From the NCBI GenBank assembly GCA_031297485.1, contig JAISYE010000224.1:1-48123 (forward strand): DNA of 48,123 nt. Reading direction: 5' to 3'. Below the pieces are notes generated by a model, which was not told where the DNA came from, did no database searches, and saw only the letters and a list, made by a program, of their open reading frames with translations. Made by a program: the position numbers and the translations under genes. How positions within the stretch are numbered: the stretch's first letter is position 1; each line of letters starts with the position of its first letter. The DNA is from Clostridiales bacterium (GTDB taxonomy: Bacteria > Bacillota > Clostridia > Lachnospirales > JAISYE01). Below are positions 32,680 to 43,737 of this stretch, one piece after another.

Positions 32680-33513
32680 GTGGGAATCAAACGATTTAAG
32701 GCGTATACGCCTTCAAGAAGGCATATGACAGTATCGGATTTTGTGGAGATAACAAAATCGGCGCCGGAAAAGAGTCTGGTCAGGCACGTCAAAAAGACGG
32801 CGGGCAGGAACAGCCAAGGCAAGATAACGGTGCGGCACCATGGCGGCGGTTTTAAGAAAAAATACAGAATAATCGACTTCAAGCGGAATAAGGACGGCGT
32901 GCCGGCCAAGGTGGCGGCAATAGAATACGACCCAAACAGGACGGCGAATATAGCGCTGCTGCACTATCTTGACGGCCAGAAGTCCTATATACTCGCTCCA
33001 GTTGGGCTGAAAGTAGGGGACAAGGTCGTGAGCGGCGCGGAGGCCGAGGTGCGTGTGGGGAACAGTCTTCCCATGCTTAACATTCCCATAGGCGCGGAGA
33101 TTCATAATATTGAGATGAAGCCCGGGGCAGGGGGTCAGATAGCGCGCTCCGCGGGCAACGCGGCGCAGCTTATGGCGAAGGAAGGCAAGTACGCCACAGT
33201 AAGGCTGCCCTCAGGGGAAATGCGGATGCTGCCTATACAATGCCGCGCGACTATCGGACAGGTAGGCAACATTGACAACGAGCTGATCAATATCGGCAAG
33301 GCGGGTAATAACCGGCACAAGGGGAAACGCCCCACAGTGCGCGGTTCCGTAATGAACCCCAACGACCATCCTCACGGCGGAGGCGAAGGCCGCGCGCCCA
33401 TAGGACGCCCGGCGCCGTCCACACCCTGGGGCAAGCCGGCCCTTGGGTACAAGACGCGCAAAAAGCATAAGGCGTCGGATAAGTATATCGTCAGGCGCAG
33501 AGGGAAGAAGTAG
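32680..33513 (+). CDS. rplB: 50S ribosomal protein L2
   Basis: [29 protein letters not shown] motifs; GTG start. Confidence 0.97.
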   Translation: MGIKRFKAYTPSRRHMTVSDFVEITKSAPEKSLVRHVKKTAGRNSQGKITVRHHGGGFKKKYRIIDFKRNKDGVPAKVAAIEYDPNRTANIALLHYLDGQKSYILAPVGLKVGDKVVSGAEAEVRVGNSLPMLNIPIGAEIHNIEMKPGAGGQIARSAGNAAQLMAKEGKYATVRLPSGEMRMLPIQCRATIGQVGNIDNELINIGKAGNNRHKGKRPTVRGSVMNPNDHPHGGGEGRAPIGRPAPSTPWGKPALGYKTRKKHKASDKYIVRRRGKK

Positions 33514-33524
33514 GAGGAGTATGG

Positions 33525-33809
33525 ATGAGCAGATCGCTTAAAAAGGGGCCGTTTGCGGACAAACATTTGCTGAAAAAGATTGCCGCGCAGAATGCCGCCA
33601 GCATTAAGGAAGTTATAAAGACCTGGTCACGGCGTTCGACAATTTTTCCGGATATGATAGGCCACACCATTGCGGTCCACGACGGCCGCAAACACGTGCC
33701 GGTGTATATAACCGAGGACATGGTGGGGCATAAGATGGGCGAGTTCGCCTCCACAAGAACTTACCGGGGTCACGGCAAGGACGCGGAAAAGAAATCCAGG
33801 GTTAGATAG
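33525..33809 (+). CDS. rpsS: 30S ribosomal protein S19
   Basis: [10 protein letters not shown]...[23 protein letters not shown]. Confidence 0.97.
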   Translation: MSRSLKKGPFADKHLLKKIAAQNAASIKEVIKTWSRRSTIFPDMIGHTIAVHDGRKHVPVYITEDMVGHKMGEFASTRTYRGHGKDAEKKSRVR

Positions 33810-33820
33810 GAGGCACGGTT

Positions 33821-34213
33821 ATGGCAAAAGGACATCGCAGTCAAATAAAAAAAGGCCGCAACGAGGGAAACAAGGATATCCGTCCCAAGGCCCACGCGCG
33901 TTTCGTGCGCGTGTCCGACTCGAAAGCGCGCATAGTGCTGGAACAGATTAAAGGCAAGGACGTGTCCGCGGCGGTAGGAATTCTGACTTATTCACCGCGC
34001 TACGCGGCGTCTGTAATATTAAAAGTTTTAAAATCCGCGATGGCTAACGCGGAGAACAACTTAGGATATGACCCGCAGAGCCTGTACGTGGAGGAAGTTT
34101 TCGCCAACCAAGGGCCTACGCTTAAACGTATACAGCCTCGCGCGCGGGGCCAGGCATACCGCATATTAAAGAGGTCCAGTCATATTTCTGTAATTTTGAA
34201 CAGAAAAGAGTAA
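33821..34213 (+). CDS. rplV: 50S ribosomal protein L22
   Basis: 130 aa; VLKSAMANAENN, RIQPRARG motifs. Confidence 0.95.
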   Translation: MAKGHRSQIKKGRNEGNKDIRPKAHARFVRVSDSKARIVLEQIKGKDVSAAVGILTYSPRYAASVILKVLKSAMANAENNLGYDPQSLYVEEVFANQGPTLKRIQPRARGQAYRILKRSSHISVILNRKE

Positions 34214-34228
34214 TAGGAGGTAAGGCAT

Positions 34229-34906
34229 TTGGGTCAAAAAGTAAATCCCCATGGGCTTAGAGTTGGCATAATAAGAGGCTGGGATTCCGTTTGGTTCACT
34301 GAAAAGGATTTCAGCAAGTATCTTGCCGAGGATGACCGGCTGCGCAAATTCCTGAAAAGAGAACTGTATGAAGCCGGTATATCGCGCATAACCATAAGGC
34401 GCACAAGCGACCGAGTCAAATTGACGATATTCGCGGCCAAACCGGGAATTATTATCGGTAAGAGCGGCCAGTCTATCGCCGAACTGACGAAGCGCGTTCA
34501 AAAAATGACGGAGCAGAAAGTCGCTATTGATATAGAGGAAATCCGCCGGTCCGAACTGGACGCGCAATTGGTGGCCGAGGACATAGCCAAGCAGCTGGAA
34601 AACAGGGTAACCTTCCGACGCGCCATGAAGCACGCGATGGGGCGCAGCATGAAGATGGGCGCGAAGGGTATCAAGACTGCGGTGGCGGGACGGCTGGGCG
34701 GCGCGGACATGGCGCGCACCGAGCATTACAGGGAAGGCACCATACCCCTTCAGACATTGCGGGCGGATGTGGACTACGGTTTTGCCGAGGCGGACACCAC
34801 TTACGGAAAACTGGGAGTCAAGTGCTGGATATATAAAGGCGAAATCCTTCCTGAGAAACCGAAAAAGAAAGGGAGCGGCAGCAATGTTAATGCCAAAGAG
34901 AGTTAA
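34229..34906 (+). CDS. rpsC: 30S ribosomal protein S3
   Basis: TTG start; [13 protein letters not shown]..., KH domain. Confidence 0.97.
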   Translation: MGQKVNPHGLRVGIIRGWDSVWFTEKDFSKYLAEDDRLRKFLKRELYEAGISRITIRRTSDRVKLTIFAAKPGIIIGKSGQSIAELTKRVQKMTEQKVAIDIEEIRRSELDAQLVAEDIAKQLENRVTFRRAMKHAMGRSMKMGAKGIKTAVAGRLGGADMARTEHYREGTIPLQTLRADVDYGFAEADTTYGKLGVKCWIYKGEILPEKPKKKGSGSNVNAKES

Positions 34907-35363
34907 GCGGCGCAAACAGTTCAGAGGGCGCATGAAGGGCACGGCTGCACGCGGCAACAGAATAAGCTACGGCGAGTACGGCATAGTGGCGCTGGAACCC
35001 AGCTGGATCACTTCCAATCAAATAGAGGCGGCGCGTGTGGCGCTTACCCGTTATATCAAGCGGGGCGGCCAGGTATGGATAAAAATTTTCCCCGACAAGC
35101 CCGTGACGGAGAAACCCGCCGAAACCCGCATGGGCAGCGGAAAGGGTTCGCCGGAATATTGGGTTGCGGTGGTAAAGCCGGGCCGCGTAATGTTCGAGCT
35201 TGGCGGAGTGGCGGAGGAAGTAGCCAGGGAAGCTTTGCGCCTGGCTGTTAATAAACTTCCCATAAAGTGCAAAATAGTTTCGCGGTCAGACTTGGAGGCG
35301 GAGCTTAACGCGGGCGAAAGCGGTTCGCCCTTGCAAACGGAAGGTGACGGCAATGCAAAGTAA
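34884..35363 (+). CDS. rplP: 50S ribosomal protein L16 (with about 10-aa C-terminal extension)
   Basis: [17 protein letters not shown]...; start trimmed to ATG 34884, overlapping the rpsC end; the C-terminal tail contains a REP-like palindrome. Confidence 0.95.
   Translation: MLMPKRVKRRKQFRGRMKGTAARGNRISYGEYGIVALEPSWITSNQIEAARVALTRYIKRGGQVWIKIFPDKPVTEKPAETRMGSGKGSPEYWVAVVKPGRVMFELGGVAEEVAREALRLAVNKLPIKCKIVSRSDLEAELNAGESGSPLQTEGDGNAK
35310..35330. repeat. REP-like palindrome inside the rplP coding sequence
   Basis: GCGGGCGAAAGCGGTTCGCCC, encoding ..AGESGSP.. in the L16 C-terminal tail. Confidence 0.75.
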
Positions 35364-35565
35364 AAAATTTCTTGAGGATTTGCGGGAAAAAACTTCGGAG
35401 GAGCTCTTAACTGACCTTGTGGCCGCGAAGAAAGAACTCTTCAACCTCCGGTTCCAAAAAGCCACAAGCAAGCTGGACAATACGGCGCGCATTACGGAAG
35501 TCCGCAAGAATATCGCGCGGATACAGACGGTAATAACCCAGAAGCGCGGCGCGGCCGAGGCGTAG
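35353..35565 (+). CDS. rpmC: 50S ribosomal protein L29
   Basis: [22 protein letters not shown]...LRFQKA; ATG 35353 lies 8 nt after GGAAGG; ORF-track GTG 35344 is an alternative. Confidence 0.93.
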   Translation: MQSKKFLEDLREKTSEELLTDLVAAKKELFNLRFQKATSKLDNTARITEVRKNIARIQTVITQKRGAAEA

Positions 35566-35616
35566 GATGACCCCTACAATTTGTATATAATTTTTGAGAT
35601 TCAGGAGGCGAACTCA

Positions 35617-35880
35617 TTGGATAACGTCGCGAGAAATTTGCGCAAGACCCGTATCGGCAAGGTGGTCAGTGATAAAATGGATAAGACAATCGTCGTGGCG
35701 GTTGAAAACCATATTATGCACCGCCGTTACGGCAAAATAATCAAGCGCACATACAAACTTAAAGCCCACGACCAGAACAACGAGTGCGGCGTCGGCGACA
35801 AGGTGGAAGTAATGGAGACGCGTCCGCTTTCAAAGGAAAAACGCTGGCGGCTGGTTTCCGTTCTGGAAAAGGCGAAGTAA
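35617..35880 (+). CDS. rpsQ: 30S ribosomal protein S17
   Basis: TTG 35617, 8 nt after AGGAGG; [19 protein letters not shown] motif. Confidence 0.93.
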   Translation: MDNVARNLRKTRIGKVVSDKMDKTIVVAVENHIMHRRYGKIIKRTYKLKAHDQNNECGVGDKVEVMETRPLSKEKRWRLVSVLEKAK

Positions 35881-35939
35881 TCCCCAGCCCGCCAGGTTTG
35901 AGGCGGAGTCTGGAAACCCCTACAACAGGAGGCGATAAC

Positions 35940-36308
35940 ATGATTCAACAGGAAACAAGACTTGTTGCCGCCGATAATTCCGGCGCCAAGGAGCTTTTAT
36001 GCATACGCGTTATGGGCGGCTCCACAAGGCGGTACGGCAATATCGGCGATATAATAATCTGTTCCGTTAAAGACGCAACACCCGGAGGCGTTGTAAAAAA
36101 AGGCGAGGTCGTAAAGGCGGTTATAGTGCGCACGGTTAAGGGTATGGGGCGCAAGGACGGCTCCTACATCCGTTTTGACGAGAACGCGGCCGTTATTATT
36201 AAGGACGACAAAACGCCGAGAGGCACACGCATATTTGGGCCGGTAGCGCGGGAACTGCGGGAGAAGCAGTTTACTAAAATTCTTTCCCTGGCGCCCGAAG
36301 TGCTGTGA
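35940..36308 (+). CDS. rplN: 50S ribosomal protein L14
   Basis: [24 protein letters not shown]...; AGGAGG upstream. Confidence 0.97.
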   Translation: MIQQETRLVAADNSGAKELLCIRVMGGSTRRYGNIGDIIICSVKDATPGGVVKKGEVVKAVIVRTVKGMGRKDGSYIRFDENAAVIIKDDKTPRGTRIFGPVARELREKQFTKILSLAPEVL

Positions 36309-36324
36309 GGAGGAGGTGTCAGCT

Positions 36325-36651
36325 GTGAAATTAAAAAGAGGCGATAACGTCATTGTTATCGCGGGTAAGTATAAGGGCCACAAAGGCAAGGTGCTGGTGG
36401 TGGACAGAGCGAAAAACAGGGTGATCGTGGAAGGCGCGAATATGGTGATGCGGCATTTAAAGGCCGGAGCAGGCAACCAGCAGTCCCAGATTGTGAAAAA
36501 AGAAGCCCCTATTCACGCTTCCAACGTGATGTACCTGTACGAAGGGCATCCCACGCGCATCGGGTATAAAGTGGAAGAAACCGAAATAAACGGCAGGATA
36601 ATCCGTAAAAAATACCGTGTTGCTAAATCTACCGGCGATACTATCGAATAA
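36325..36651 (+). CDS. rplX: 50S ribosomal protein L24
   Basis: GTG 36325, 8 nt after AGGAGG; [25 protein letters not shown] motif. Confidence 0.93.
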   Translation: MKLKRGDNVIVIAGKYKGHKGKVLVVDRAKNRVIVEGANMVMRHLKAGAGNQQSQIVKKEAPIHASNVMYLYEGHPTRIGYKVEETEINGRIIRKKYRVAKSTGDTIE

Positions 36652-36667
36652 AGTAGGAGGTCTGCTT

Positions 36668-37228
36668 GTGAACAGCTTCAGAGAATTCTACGAACATCAA
36701 GTCGTAGAAGGTATGATGAAAAAATTCTCGTATAAGAATAGACTGGCGGTGCCCAAGCTGGAGAAGATTGTCGTCAACATGGGCCTGGGCGACGCCAAGG
36801 ATAACCCCAAGGTAATCGACAGCGCGGCAAACGATATTTCTACTATTACGGGCCAGAAGCCCATTGTAACCAAGGCGAAGAAATCCGTGGCCAACTTCAA
36901 GCTGCGGGCGGGTATGCCCGTCGGCTGCAAAGTGACCTTGCGGGGCGAGCGTATGTACAGCTTCGCCAACCGCCTGCTGAACGTGGCCCTGCCGCGCGTC
37001 CGCGACTTCCGGGGCGTAAGCGCCGAAGCCTTCGACGGGCGGGGCAACTATACCTTGGGTGTGCGTGAGCAGCTTATTTTCCCTGAAATTCAGTACGATA
37101 AAATTGATAAAATCCGGGGCATGGACATTGTGTTCGTCACGACCGCGCGCACGGACGAAGAGGCGCGGGAACTCCTTGCCTTGTTCGGAATGCCATTCAG
37201 AAAGGCGGGGAATTCAAGAAATGGCTAA
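36668..37228 (+). CDS. rplE: 50S ribosomal protein L5
   Basis: GTG 36668, 7 nt after AGGAGG; [23 protein letters not shown] motifs. Confidence 0.95.
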   Translation: MNSFREFYEHQVVEGMMKKFSYKNRLAVPKLEKIVVNMGLGDAKDNPKVIDSAANDISTITGQKPIVTKAKKSVANFKLRAGMPVGCKVTLRGERMYSFANRLLNVALPRVRDFRGVSAEAFDGRGNYTLGVREQLIFPEIQYDKIDKIRGMDIVFVTTARTDEEARELLALFGMPFRKAGNSRNG

Positions 37229-37406
37229 AAAGTCTATGATTTTGAAACAGCGGCGCAAACCCAAGTTCAGCACTCGCGCGCACTCGCGCTGCAACATCTG
37301 CGGCAGGCCGCACGCGACTTTAAGGAAGTACGGCATATGCCGCATCTGTTTCCGTGAGCTGGCCTACAAAGGGCAGATTCCCGGAATACGCAAAGCAAGT
37401 TGGTAG
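37221..37406 (+). CDS. rpsN: 30S ribosomal protein S14 type Z (zinc-binding)
   Basis: 61 aa; [10 protein letters not shown]...[23 protein letters not shown] (CxxC..CxxC). Confidence 0.95.
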   Translation: MAKKSMILKQRRKPKFSTRAHSRCNICGRPHATLRKYGICRICFRELAYKGQIPGIRKASW

Positions 37407-37427
37407 ACGCGAAGGGAGGTTTTTTAC

Positions 37428-37829
37428 ATGTCAATGAGCGATCCAATTGCTGACATGCTTACAAGAATAAGAAACGCTAACACAGCGAAGCACAATACCG
37501 TAGAAATCCCATCGTCCCGCATTAAAGCCGCCATAGCGGACATCCTCTCAAAGGAAGGCTACGTTAAGGGCTATGAAATTTTAGAGGACGGCGTAAAGAA
37601 GACAATGCGCATAACGCTTAAATACGGCGCCACCAAGAACGACAAAGTTATTTCCGGTATAAAAAGGATATCCAAACCAGGGCTGAGGGTATACGCCAAC
37701 TGCGAGGAGATACCGCGGGTTTTCGGCGGGCTTGGCACAGCCATTGTTTCAACCAACAAGGGTATTGTGACGGATAAAGAAGCAAGACGCCTGGGTGTGG
37801 GCGGCGAGGTAATTGCGTTTATTTGGTGA
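37428..37829 (+). CDS. rpsH: 30S ribosomal protein S8
   Basis: [17 protein letters not shown]... Confidence 0.97.
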   Translation: MSMSDPIADMLTRIRNANTAKHNTVEIPSSRIKAAIADILSKEGYVKGYEILEDGVKKTMRITLKYGATKNDKVISGIKRISKPGLRVYANCEEIPRVFGGLGTAIVSTNKGIVTDKEARRLGVGGEVIAFIW

Positions 37830-37856
37830 AAATTATTTTGATAAAGGAGGCATACC

Positions 37857-38405
37857 ATGTCACGCATAGGAAAATTGCCTGTTGCGATTCCCAGCGGTGT
37901 GGAGGTCAGCCTGGAAGACGGAAATTTCCTTACGGTAAAAGGCCCCAGGGGCACGCTGCGGCGCCGCCTGGTTCCTGATTTGAACATCGCCCTGGAGGAC
38001 GGCCAGATAAAGGTCCAGCGCCCTAACGATTTGAAGCGCAGCAAGTCGCTGCACGGCTTGACGCGCACCCTTATATTCAATATGGTGACAGGCGTGACCA
38101 CGGGCTATACAAAAACCCTTGAAATAAGCGGCGTGGGTTACAGGGCCGCTAAGAACGGCGATAAGCTGACGCTTAACCTGGGCTACTCCCATCCCGTGGA
38201 AATGCGTGACCCGGAGGGCATAACCACGGCTGTGAGCGGAAATAACGGCACTATTATAACAGTTTCAGGCATTGACAAGGAAAAGGTCGGGCAGTTCGCG
38301 GCCGACATAAGGGGCAAGCGCGCGCCCGAACCCTATAAGGGCAAGGGAATAAAATATTCCGGCGAGCGCATAAGGCGCAAGGTCGGCAAGACCGGCAAAA
38401 AATAG
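37857..38405 (+). CDS. rplF: 50S ribosomal protein L6
   Basis: [17 protein letters not shown]... Confidence 0.97.
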   Translation: MSRIGKLPVAIPSGVEVSLEDGNFLTVKGPRGTLRRRLVPDLNIALEDGQIKVQRPNDLKRSKSLHGLTRTLIFNMVTGVTTGYTKTLEISGVGYRAAKNGDKLTLNLGYSHPVEMRDPEGITTAVSGNNGTIITVSGIDKEKVGQFAADIRGKRAPEPYKGKGIKYSGERIRRKVGKTGKK

Positions 38406-38421
38406 TTAAGGAGTGCTCATA

Positions 38422-38790
38422 ATGATTATAAAACCATCTCGTAAGCTTGCCCGCGAGAAACGTCATTACAAGCTGCGCGATAAGATATCCGGCACAGGCG
38501 AGAGACCGCGGCTGTCTGTCTTTCGTTCCAACCAGCACATCTACGCGCAGGTTATTGACGATACCAAGGGAATAACCCTGGCCGCCGCGTCCACTAAGGA
38601 GAAGGCGCTGGCGGGGAAACTCGCTAAAACGTGGGATAAGGAAGCCGCCCGCGCCGTGGGCGAGGCTGTGGCGAAGAAAGCCATTGACAAGGGTATAACC
38701 ACCGTTGTGTTCGACCGCGGGGGCTATATTTATCACGGTAAGGTGCAGGCGCTGGCGGACGCCGCCAGAGAAGTGGGGCTTCAATTTTAG
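38422..38790 (+). CDS. rplR: 50S ribosomal protein L18
   Basis: ATG 38422, 8 nt after AAGGAG; [34 protein letters not shown]. Confidence 0.95.
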   Translation: MIIKPSRKLAREKRHYKLRDKISGTGERPRLSVFRSNQHIYAQVIDDTKGITLAAASTKEKALAGKLAKTWDKEAARAVGEAVAKKAIDKGITTVVFDRGGYIYHGKVQALADAAREVGLQF

Positions 38791-38808
38791 CCGCTTTAGC
38801 CGCTTTTC

Positions 38809-38835
38809 GGGCGAACGCGGGTCCCGCCCCTACAA
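38809..38835. repeat. REP-like palindrome + CCCCTACAA tail in the rplR-rpsE spacer
   Basis: GGGCGAACGCGGGTCCCGCCCCTACAA, immediately followed by the GGAGG RBS of rpsE. Confidence 0.7.
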
Positions 38836-38848
38836 GGAGGAAAATTGT

Positions 38849-39352
38849 TTGAAAAAAATAGACGTTAACGCATTGGACTTGAAGGACAGAGTCGTCACAA
38901 TTAACCGCGTCACAAAAGTCGTCAAAGGCGGACGGACTTTCCGTTTCGCGGCTCTGGTGGTCATAGGGGACGAGCACGGTTGGGTAGGCGTGGGCCTTGG
39001 AAAGGCCACGGAAATACCCGACGCCATACGGAAGGGCAAGGAAGACGCGAAAAAGAACATGGTCTATGTGGAGCGCAACGACCATGACAGTATCCATCAT
39101 GATATAATAGGCCGGTTCGGCAGCGCCAACGTACTGCTGAAACCCGCGCCGGAAGGCACCGGCGTTATTGCCGGGGGTTCTGTCCGCGCGGTTATGGAAT
39201 TGGCGGGCGTCCGCAACGTGGTGACAAAGGCTATAGGCTCTAATAATAAACGAAACGTTGTAAACGCCGCTATGGAGGGCCTTAAACTCTTAAAAACACC
39301 AGAAAGCGTCGCGCGTATGCGCGGGAAAACAGTAGAGGAAATTTTCAATTAA
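38849..39352 (+). CDS. rpsE: 30S ribosomal protein S5
   Basis: TTG 38849, 8 nt after AAGGAGG; [19 protein letters not shown] motif. Confidence 0.95.
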   Translation: MKKIDVNALDLKDRVVTINRVTKVVKGGRTFRFAALVVIGDEHGWVGVGLGKATEIPDAIRKGKEDAKKNMVYVERNDHDSIHHDIIGRFGSANVLLKPAPEGTGVIAGGSVRAVMELAGVRNVVTKAIGSNNKRNVVNAAMEGLKLLKTPESVARMRGKTVEEIFN

Positions 39353-39365
39353 AGGAGAGGGCGTT

Positions 39366-39554
39366 ATGTCGAAAATTAAGATAACCTTGGTGCGCTCCAC
39401 TATCGGCGCGCTTCCGCTGCATAAGCGGACAGTTAAAGCTCTCGGCCTGGGCAAGACAAACAGCTTTAAAATCCAAGACGATAATCCAGCCACGCGGGGC
39501 ATGATACGTCAGGTGTCACACATGGTCAAAGTCGAGGAAGTTGGAGGTGCGTAA
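39366..39554 (+). CDS. rpmD: 50S ribosomal protein L30
   Basis: 62 aa; KITLVRSTIG...TVKALGLGK. Confidence 0.95.
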   Translation: MSKIKITLVRSTIGALPLHKRTVKALGLGKTNSFKIQDDNPATRGMIRQVSHMVKVEEVGGA

Positions 39555-39556
39555 AA

Positions 39557-39994
39557 ATGAATTTAGGCGATTTGAAACCGGCCGAAGGCTCCCGTATTAA
39601 GAAATACAGGCGCGGCCGGGGTCACGGCAGCGGCAACGGCAAGACCGCCGGCCGCGGCCACAAAGGCCAAAAAGCCAGGGGCAGAGGCGTTAGGCGCGGT
39701 TTTGAGGGCGGACAGTGGCCGCTGTACAGGCGTTTGCCTAAACGCGGTCATAAATGCAGAAACTCAAAGGATATAGTAGCGCTTAACCTCGCGCTGCTGG
39801 ACGTGTTCGAGGACGGCGCCACAGTTGATATTGAGGCGCTTAAATCAAAGGGCTTGGTCAGCAACCCCCGGGACGGGGTTAAAATATTAGGAGAGGGCGA
39901 GCTTGCCAAGAGACTTGTTGTCCGCGTAAACTATTTCAGCAAAACCGCCGCGGATAAGATAGCTGCCGCCGGCGGAAAAGCAGAGGTGCTGTAA
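39557..39994 (+). CDS. rplO: 50S ribosomal protein L15
   Basis: GRGHGSGNGKTAGRGHKGQKAR motif. Confidence 0.96.
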   Translation: MNLGDLKPAEGSRIKKYRRGRGHGSGNGKTAGRGHKGQKARGRGVRRGFEGGQWPLYRRLPKRGHKCRNSKDIVALNLALLDVFEDGATVDIEALKSKGLVSNPRDGVKILGEGELAKRLVVRVNYFSKTAADKIAAAGGKAEVL

Positions 39995-41250
39995 TGTTAA
40001 AAATACTCGCTAACGCATGGAAGGTACCGGAAATACGGAAAAAGTTGTTCTATATACTTTTAATCCTGGCTATTTACCGTTTGGGCAATTATATTCTTCT
40101 GCCGGGTGTGGATATGGTGTCTTACTTCGCCAGCAGGCAGACCGCCGACGCCGCGCAAAGTTTCTTTAACGCCATTGCCGGCGGTGGGTTCGCTTCTGTG
40201 TTTGTTTTGGGTATCGGGCCGTATATTACCTCGTCCATTATTATGCAGCTTCTGACCGTAGCCATCCCCAAGCTCGAACAGATTCAGAAGGAAGGCGAGG
40301 AAGGCCGCAAGAAAATTAACCAGTACACGCGCGTGGTGGCTGTGTTCCTTTCGCTGCTGCAGGCGTCCGGAACGGTTTACACCTATAATTCCTACGGGCT
40401 GTTTACTCACCGTAACTTCCTTGTGTACGGCATGGCTGTGCTGGCGCTTGTGGCCGGCTCTATTTTCATTATGTGGCTCGGCGAGCTTTTAACTGAAAAA
40501 GGTATAGGCAATGGTTCGTCGTTTATCATTTTCGCCAATATCCTTTCCGGATTGCCGAGCGCCGTCAGCTTCTTCGTTATCGAAGGAGGCACGGATGTTT
40601 GGAAGTGGATACTTAACGTGGTTGTGCTCGCGCTGTTCGTACTGGTCATGGCCTTGGTCGTCTGGGTGCAGGGCGGCGAGCGCCGCATCCCTGTCCAGTA
40701 TTCCAAAAAAATGGTGGGGCGTCAGATGTACGGCGGCCAAAGCTCTTTTATACCAATAAAAGTAAATATTGCCGGTGTTATGTCCATTATCTTCGCTATT
40801 TCATTGTTGCAATTTCCAAGCGTAATCGCGAATTTTTGGCGAACCGATTGGCTTGACGCTGTTGTCCGCAATTTGGAAATCTCCGCTCCTATCGGTGGTA
40901 CGCTTTATGTGGTGCTCATTTTTTTCTTTACGTTCTTCTATACTTCCTTTGCCATTAACCCTATCGAAATGGCCGAGAATATGAAGAAAAGCGGCGGCTT
41001 TATTCCGGGTATCCGTCCGGGCAAGCCTACCAGCGATTATATCCAAAAAATTATCGAACGCTTATCATGGGCGGGCGCGCTTTTCTACGCCATTATCGCC
41101 ATGATTCCCGTGCTGTTCCAGGTAGTCTTGGGTATTAACGTGGGCTTCGGGGGCACTACGCTGCTGATTGTTACCGGAGTCGCGCTGGAGCTTGTCAAGC
41201 AGTTGGAGTCGCAGCTTCTGATGCGGCATTATAAAGGGTTTTTGAGTTAA
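39994..41250 (+). CDS. secY: preprotein translocase subunit SecY
   Basis: 418 aa, 10 TM; GIGPYITSSIIMQLL, GNGSSFIIF motifs. Confidence 0.96.
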   Translation: MLKILANAWKVPEIRKKLFYILLILAIYRLGNYILLPGVDMVSYFASRQTADAAQSFFNAIAGGGFASVFVLGIGPYITSSIIMQLLTVAIPKLEQIQKEGEEGRKKINQYTRVVAVFLSLLQASGTVYTYNSYGLFTHRNFLVYGMAVLALVAGSIFIMWLGELLTEKGIGNGSSFIIFANILSGLPSAVSFFVIEGGTDVWKWILNVVVLALFVLVMALVVWVQGGERRIPVQYSKKMVGRQMYGGQSSFIPIKVNIAGVMSIIFAISLLQFPSVIANFWRTDWLDAVVRNLEISAPIGGTLYVVLIFFFTFFYTSFAINPIEMAENMKKSGGFIPGIRPGKPTSDYIQKIIERLSWAGALFYAIIAMIPVLFQVVLGINVGFGGTTLLIVTGVALELVKQLESQLLMRHYKGFLS

Positions 41251-41270
41251 TTGTAAGAGGGGTCATTGCA

Positions 41271-41921
41271 ATGAAACTGGTCGTGCTTGGACCTCCCGGC
41301 GCGGGCAAGGGTACGCAGGCCATAATGCTCGCCGAGCGCCTGCATATCGTGCATATTGCCACCGGGGATATGCTGAGGGAACAAATAGCGCTTAAAACTG
41401 AGTTGGGAACGCGTATATCGCGCACTATAAACGCCGGACAGTTCGTGCCGAACGAACTTGTTTTTGAACTGGTGAAGAAACGCCTTAAAGACAGCGACGC
41501 CAAGGGCGGGTTTGTGTTGGACGGCTTCCCGCGTACAATTGAGCAGGCACTAATGATGGACGTTACAGACGGACTTTCGGATATTGAACTGGTTTGCTCC
41601 TTAGCCGTGCCGGACAGCGTTATTATTGAGCGCATGTCAGGGCGCTTAACCTGTTCCCAGTGCGGCGCTATGTTCCACCTAGTGTATTCGCCGCCTCAGG
41701 CCGCCGGTATTTGCGACGACTGCGGGGCCGGCTTGTACCAGCGCCCTGACGACAAGGCGGAAACGGTGGTGGAGCGCCTGAAACTGTACCACGCGCGGAC
41801 AGAACCCATAATTAATTTTTATACTGGGCGCGGTCTGCTGGTTACGGTTGATGCGGCGGGGGATATCGCGACGGTTTCGGAACGGACTATCCGTGCGGTG
41901 ACAGATAAAGGAGCGCGCTGA
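41271..41921 (+). CDS. adk: adenylate kinase (zinc-lid form)
   Basis: GPPGAGKGTQA P-loop; lid CSQCG...CDDCG. Confidence 0.96.
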   Translation: MKLVVLGPPGAGKGTQAIMLAERLHIVHIATGDMLREQIALKTELGTRISRTINAGQFVPNELVFELVKKRLKDSDAKGGFVLDGFPRTIEQALMMDVTDGLSDIELVCSLAVPDSVIIERMSGRLTCSQCGAMFHLVYSPPQAAGICDDCGAGLYQRPDDKAETVVERLKLYHARTEPIINFYTGRGLLVTVDAAGDIATVSERTIRAVTDKGAR

Positions 41922-41922
41922 T

Positions 41923-42675
41923 GTGTCTATATCAATAAAGAATGACGAACAGATTAAAATTATGCGCGTGGCGGGAGAGATAAACGCGCGTACACACGAA
42001 ATGCTGGAAGCGGCTGTCGCGCCAGGCGTAACAACCGGCGAGCTTAATAAGCTGGCGGACAGCTATATCCGGTCCCGCGGCGCTAAACCCGCGTTTAAAG
42101 GTTATCGCGGGTTCCCTGCTTCTGTGTGCGTTTCCGTAAACGAGGAAGTTATCCACGGTATCCCTGGTTTAAAAAAACTTTTAACCGGCGATATTGTCAG
42201 TATTGATATTGGAGTGCTGTACAACGGCTTTTACAGCGACGCCGCCCGCACGTTTCCCGTGGGCGGGGTTTCTTCCGAGGCGCGGCGGTTAATTGACGTT
42301 GCGCGGGAGAGTTTTTTCGCGGGTATTGCCTTTGCCAGGGCCGGCGCGCACCTATACCAGATTTCCGGCGCCATAAACGATTATGTGGAGTCCAACGGCT
42401 TTTCCGTAGTGAGGGAATGGGTGGGCCACGGCGTGGGCCGCGCCTTGCATGAGCCGCCTGAAATTCCTAATTACCGTATGCCCAATAGAGGCCCCAGGCT
42501 TTACCCTGGTATGACTTTGGCTATTGAGCCGATGGTTAACGCCGGTACTTACGAAATCCTTACACGGAAGGACAGTTGGACTGTTGTTACCAGGGATGGC
42601 CGGCTTTCGGCCCATTACGAGAATACCGTGCTCGTTACTGCCGGTGAGCCTGAACTCTTAACTTTACTGGGGTGA
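41923..42675 (+). CDS. map: type I methionine aminopeptidase
   Basis: GTG start; VIHGIP, DIGV..NGFYSDAARTF, HGVG, ALEPM metal-ligand motifs. Confidence 0.95.
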   Translation: MSISIKNDEQIKIMRVAGEINARTHEMLEAAVAPGVTTGELNKLADSYIRSRGAKPAFKGYRGFPASVCVSVNEEVIHGIPGLKKLLTGDIVSIDIGVLYNGFYSDAARTFPVGGVSSEARRLIDVARESFFAGIAFARAGAHLYQISGAINDYVESNGFSVVREWVGHGVGRALHEPPEIPNYRMPNRGPRLYPGMTLAIEPMVNAGTYEILTRKDSWTVVTRDGRLSAHYENTVLVTAGEPELLTLLG

Positions 42676-42938
42676 CGCGCTTGGACATTAAGGAAGGTCA
42701 GATTGTGATTTCAAAACGCGGGCGTGACCAACGCAAGTTCTTTGTAGTTATTGGAACCGCCGGCGAATACGCTTTTATTGCCGACGGCGATTCCCGCAGG
42801 CTTGCAAAGCCTAAGAAGAAGAAATTTAAACATTTGCAGCCGACAAACAGTTTTGCGGAGGAACTGCTGCCCAAACTGAACAACGGGCAGTTGCTGGACG
42901 CTGATATCAGGAAGGTTCTGTACGGCGCGAAGATTTAG
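42672..42938 (+). CDS. KOW domain-containing RNA-binding protein
   Basis: 88 aa; GQIVISKRGRD..FFVV...DGDSRRLAKPKKKKFKHL, in the typical Clostridia position between map and infA; start (GTG 42672 or TTG 42681) uncertain. Confidence 0.8.
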   Translation: MTRLDIKEGQIVISKRGRDQRKFFVVIGTAGEYAFIADGDSRRLAKPKKKKFKHLQPTNSFAEELLPKLNNGQLLDADIRKVLYGAKI

Positions 42939-42969
42939 AGTGCGCCGGTTTTAGAAGGAGGTCGCGGGC

Positions 42970-43188
42970 TTGTCGAAAGAGGATGTTATTGAGGTTGAGG
43001 GAGTGATTCTGCAAAAGCTTCCGAATGCCATGTTTAGTGTGGAGCTTGATAACGGCCACAAAATTGTGGCGCATATTTCAGGCAAGCTCCGGATGCACTT
43101 TATACGGATTATACCAGGCGACAGGGTGAAGATCGAGATGTCGCCTTATGACTTGACAAAGGGACGAATCGTCTGGCGGGACAAATAG
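42970..43188 (+). CDS. infA: translation initiation factor IF-1
   Basis: TTG start; 72 aa; [40 protein letters not shown]. Confidence 0.97.
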   Translation: MSKEDVIEVEGVILQKLPNAMFSVELDNGHKIVAHISGKLRMHFIRIIPGDRVKIEMSPYDLTKGRIVWRDK

Positions 43189-43196
43189 CTCCTGCA

Positions 43197-43220
43197 GGCG
43201 GACATAGTTCGCCCCTATAA
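43197..43220. repeat. REP-like palindrome + CCCCTATAA tail in the infA-rpmJ spacer
   Basis: GGCGGACATAGTTCGCCCCTATAA. Confidence 0.7.
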
Positions 43221-43239
43221 TCGAGAGGAGTTGTTTGGC

Positions 43240-43353
43240 ATGAAGGTTAGGCCTTCTGTAAAGCCTATTTGCGAAAAATGCAAGATTATAAAGCGCAAGG
43301 GCGCAATACGGGTAATTTGTGAAAACCCAAAGCATAAACAGCGGCAGGGATAG
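43240..43353 (+). CDS. rpmJ: 50S ribosomal protein L36
   Basis: Not in the ORF track (37 aa): [37 protein letters not shown]; GAGAGGAG RBS. Confidence 0.95.
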   Translation: MKVRPSVKPICEKCKIIKRKGAIRVICENPKHKQRQG

Positions 43354-43368
43354 TGGAGGTGAATTTTT

Positions 43369-43737
43369 ATGGCACGTATCGCAGGTGTTGACTTGCCAAG
43401 AGAAAAACGCGTTGAAATCGGCCTGACATATATTTACGGCATTGGCCGTCCAAGCTCGAACCGCATTTTAACAGAATCCGGGGTAAACCCGGACACCCGC
43501 GTCCGCGACTTGACGGACGACGAGGTTACGCGCATCCGCGACATTATTGACCGGTCGCAAACCGTGGAAGGCGATTTGCGCAGGGAAATAGCGCTGAATA
43601 TTAAACGTCTTACTGAAATAGGCTGTTACAGAGGCATTCGCCATCGCAAAGGCCTGCCCGTAAGGGGCCAGCGCACCAAGACTAACGCGCGCACACGCAA
43701 GGGTCCAAAAAGAACAGTCGCTAACAAGAAGAAATAA
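43369..43737 (+). CDS. rpsM: 30S ribosomal protein S13
   Basis: [26 protein letters not shown]... Confidence 0.97.
   Translation: MARIAGVDLPREKRVEIGLTYIYGIGRPSSNRILTESGVNPDTRVRDLTDDEVTRIRDIIDRSQTVEGDLRREIALNIKRLTEIGCYRGIRHRKGLPVRGQRTKTNARTRKGPKRTVANKKK

Noticed and set aside
35581-35595. TTGTATATAAT as an internal promoter in the rpmC-rpsQ spacer
   Set aside because: There is no acceptable -35 at 16-18 nt and the TG is misplaced for an extended -10. It is probably just AT-rich spacer.
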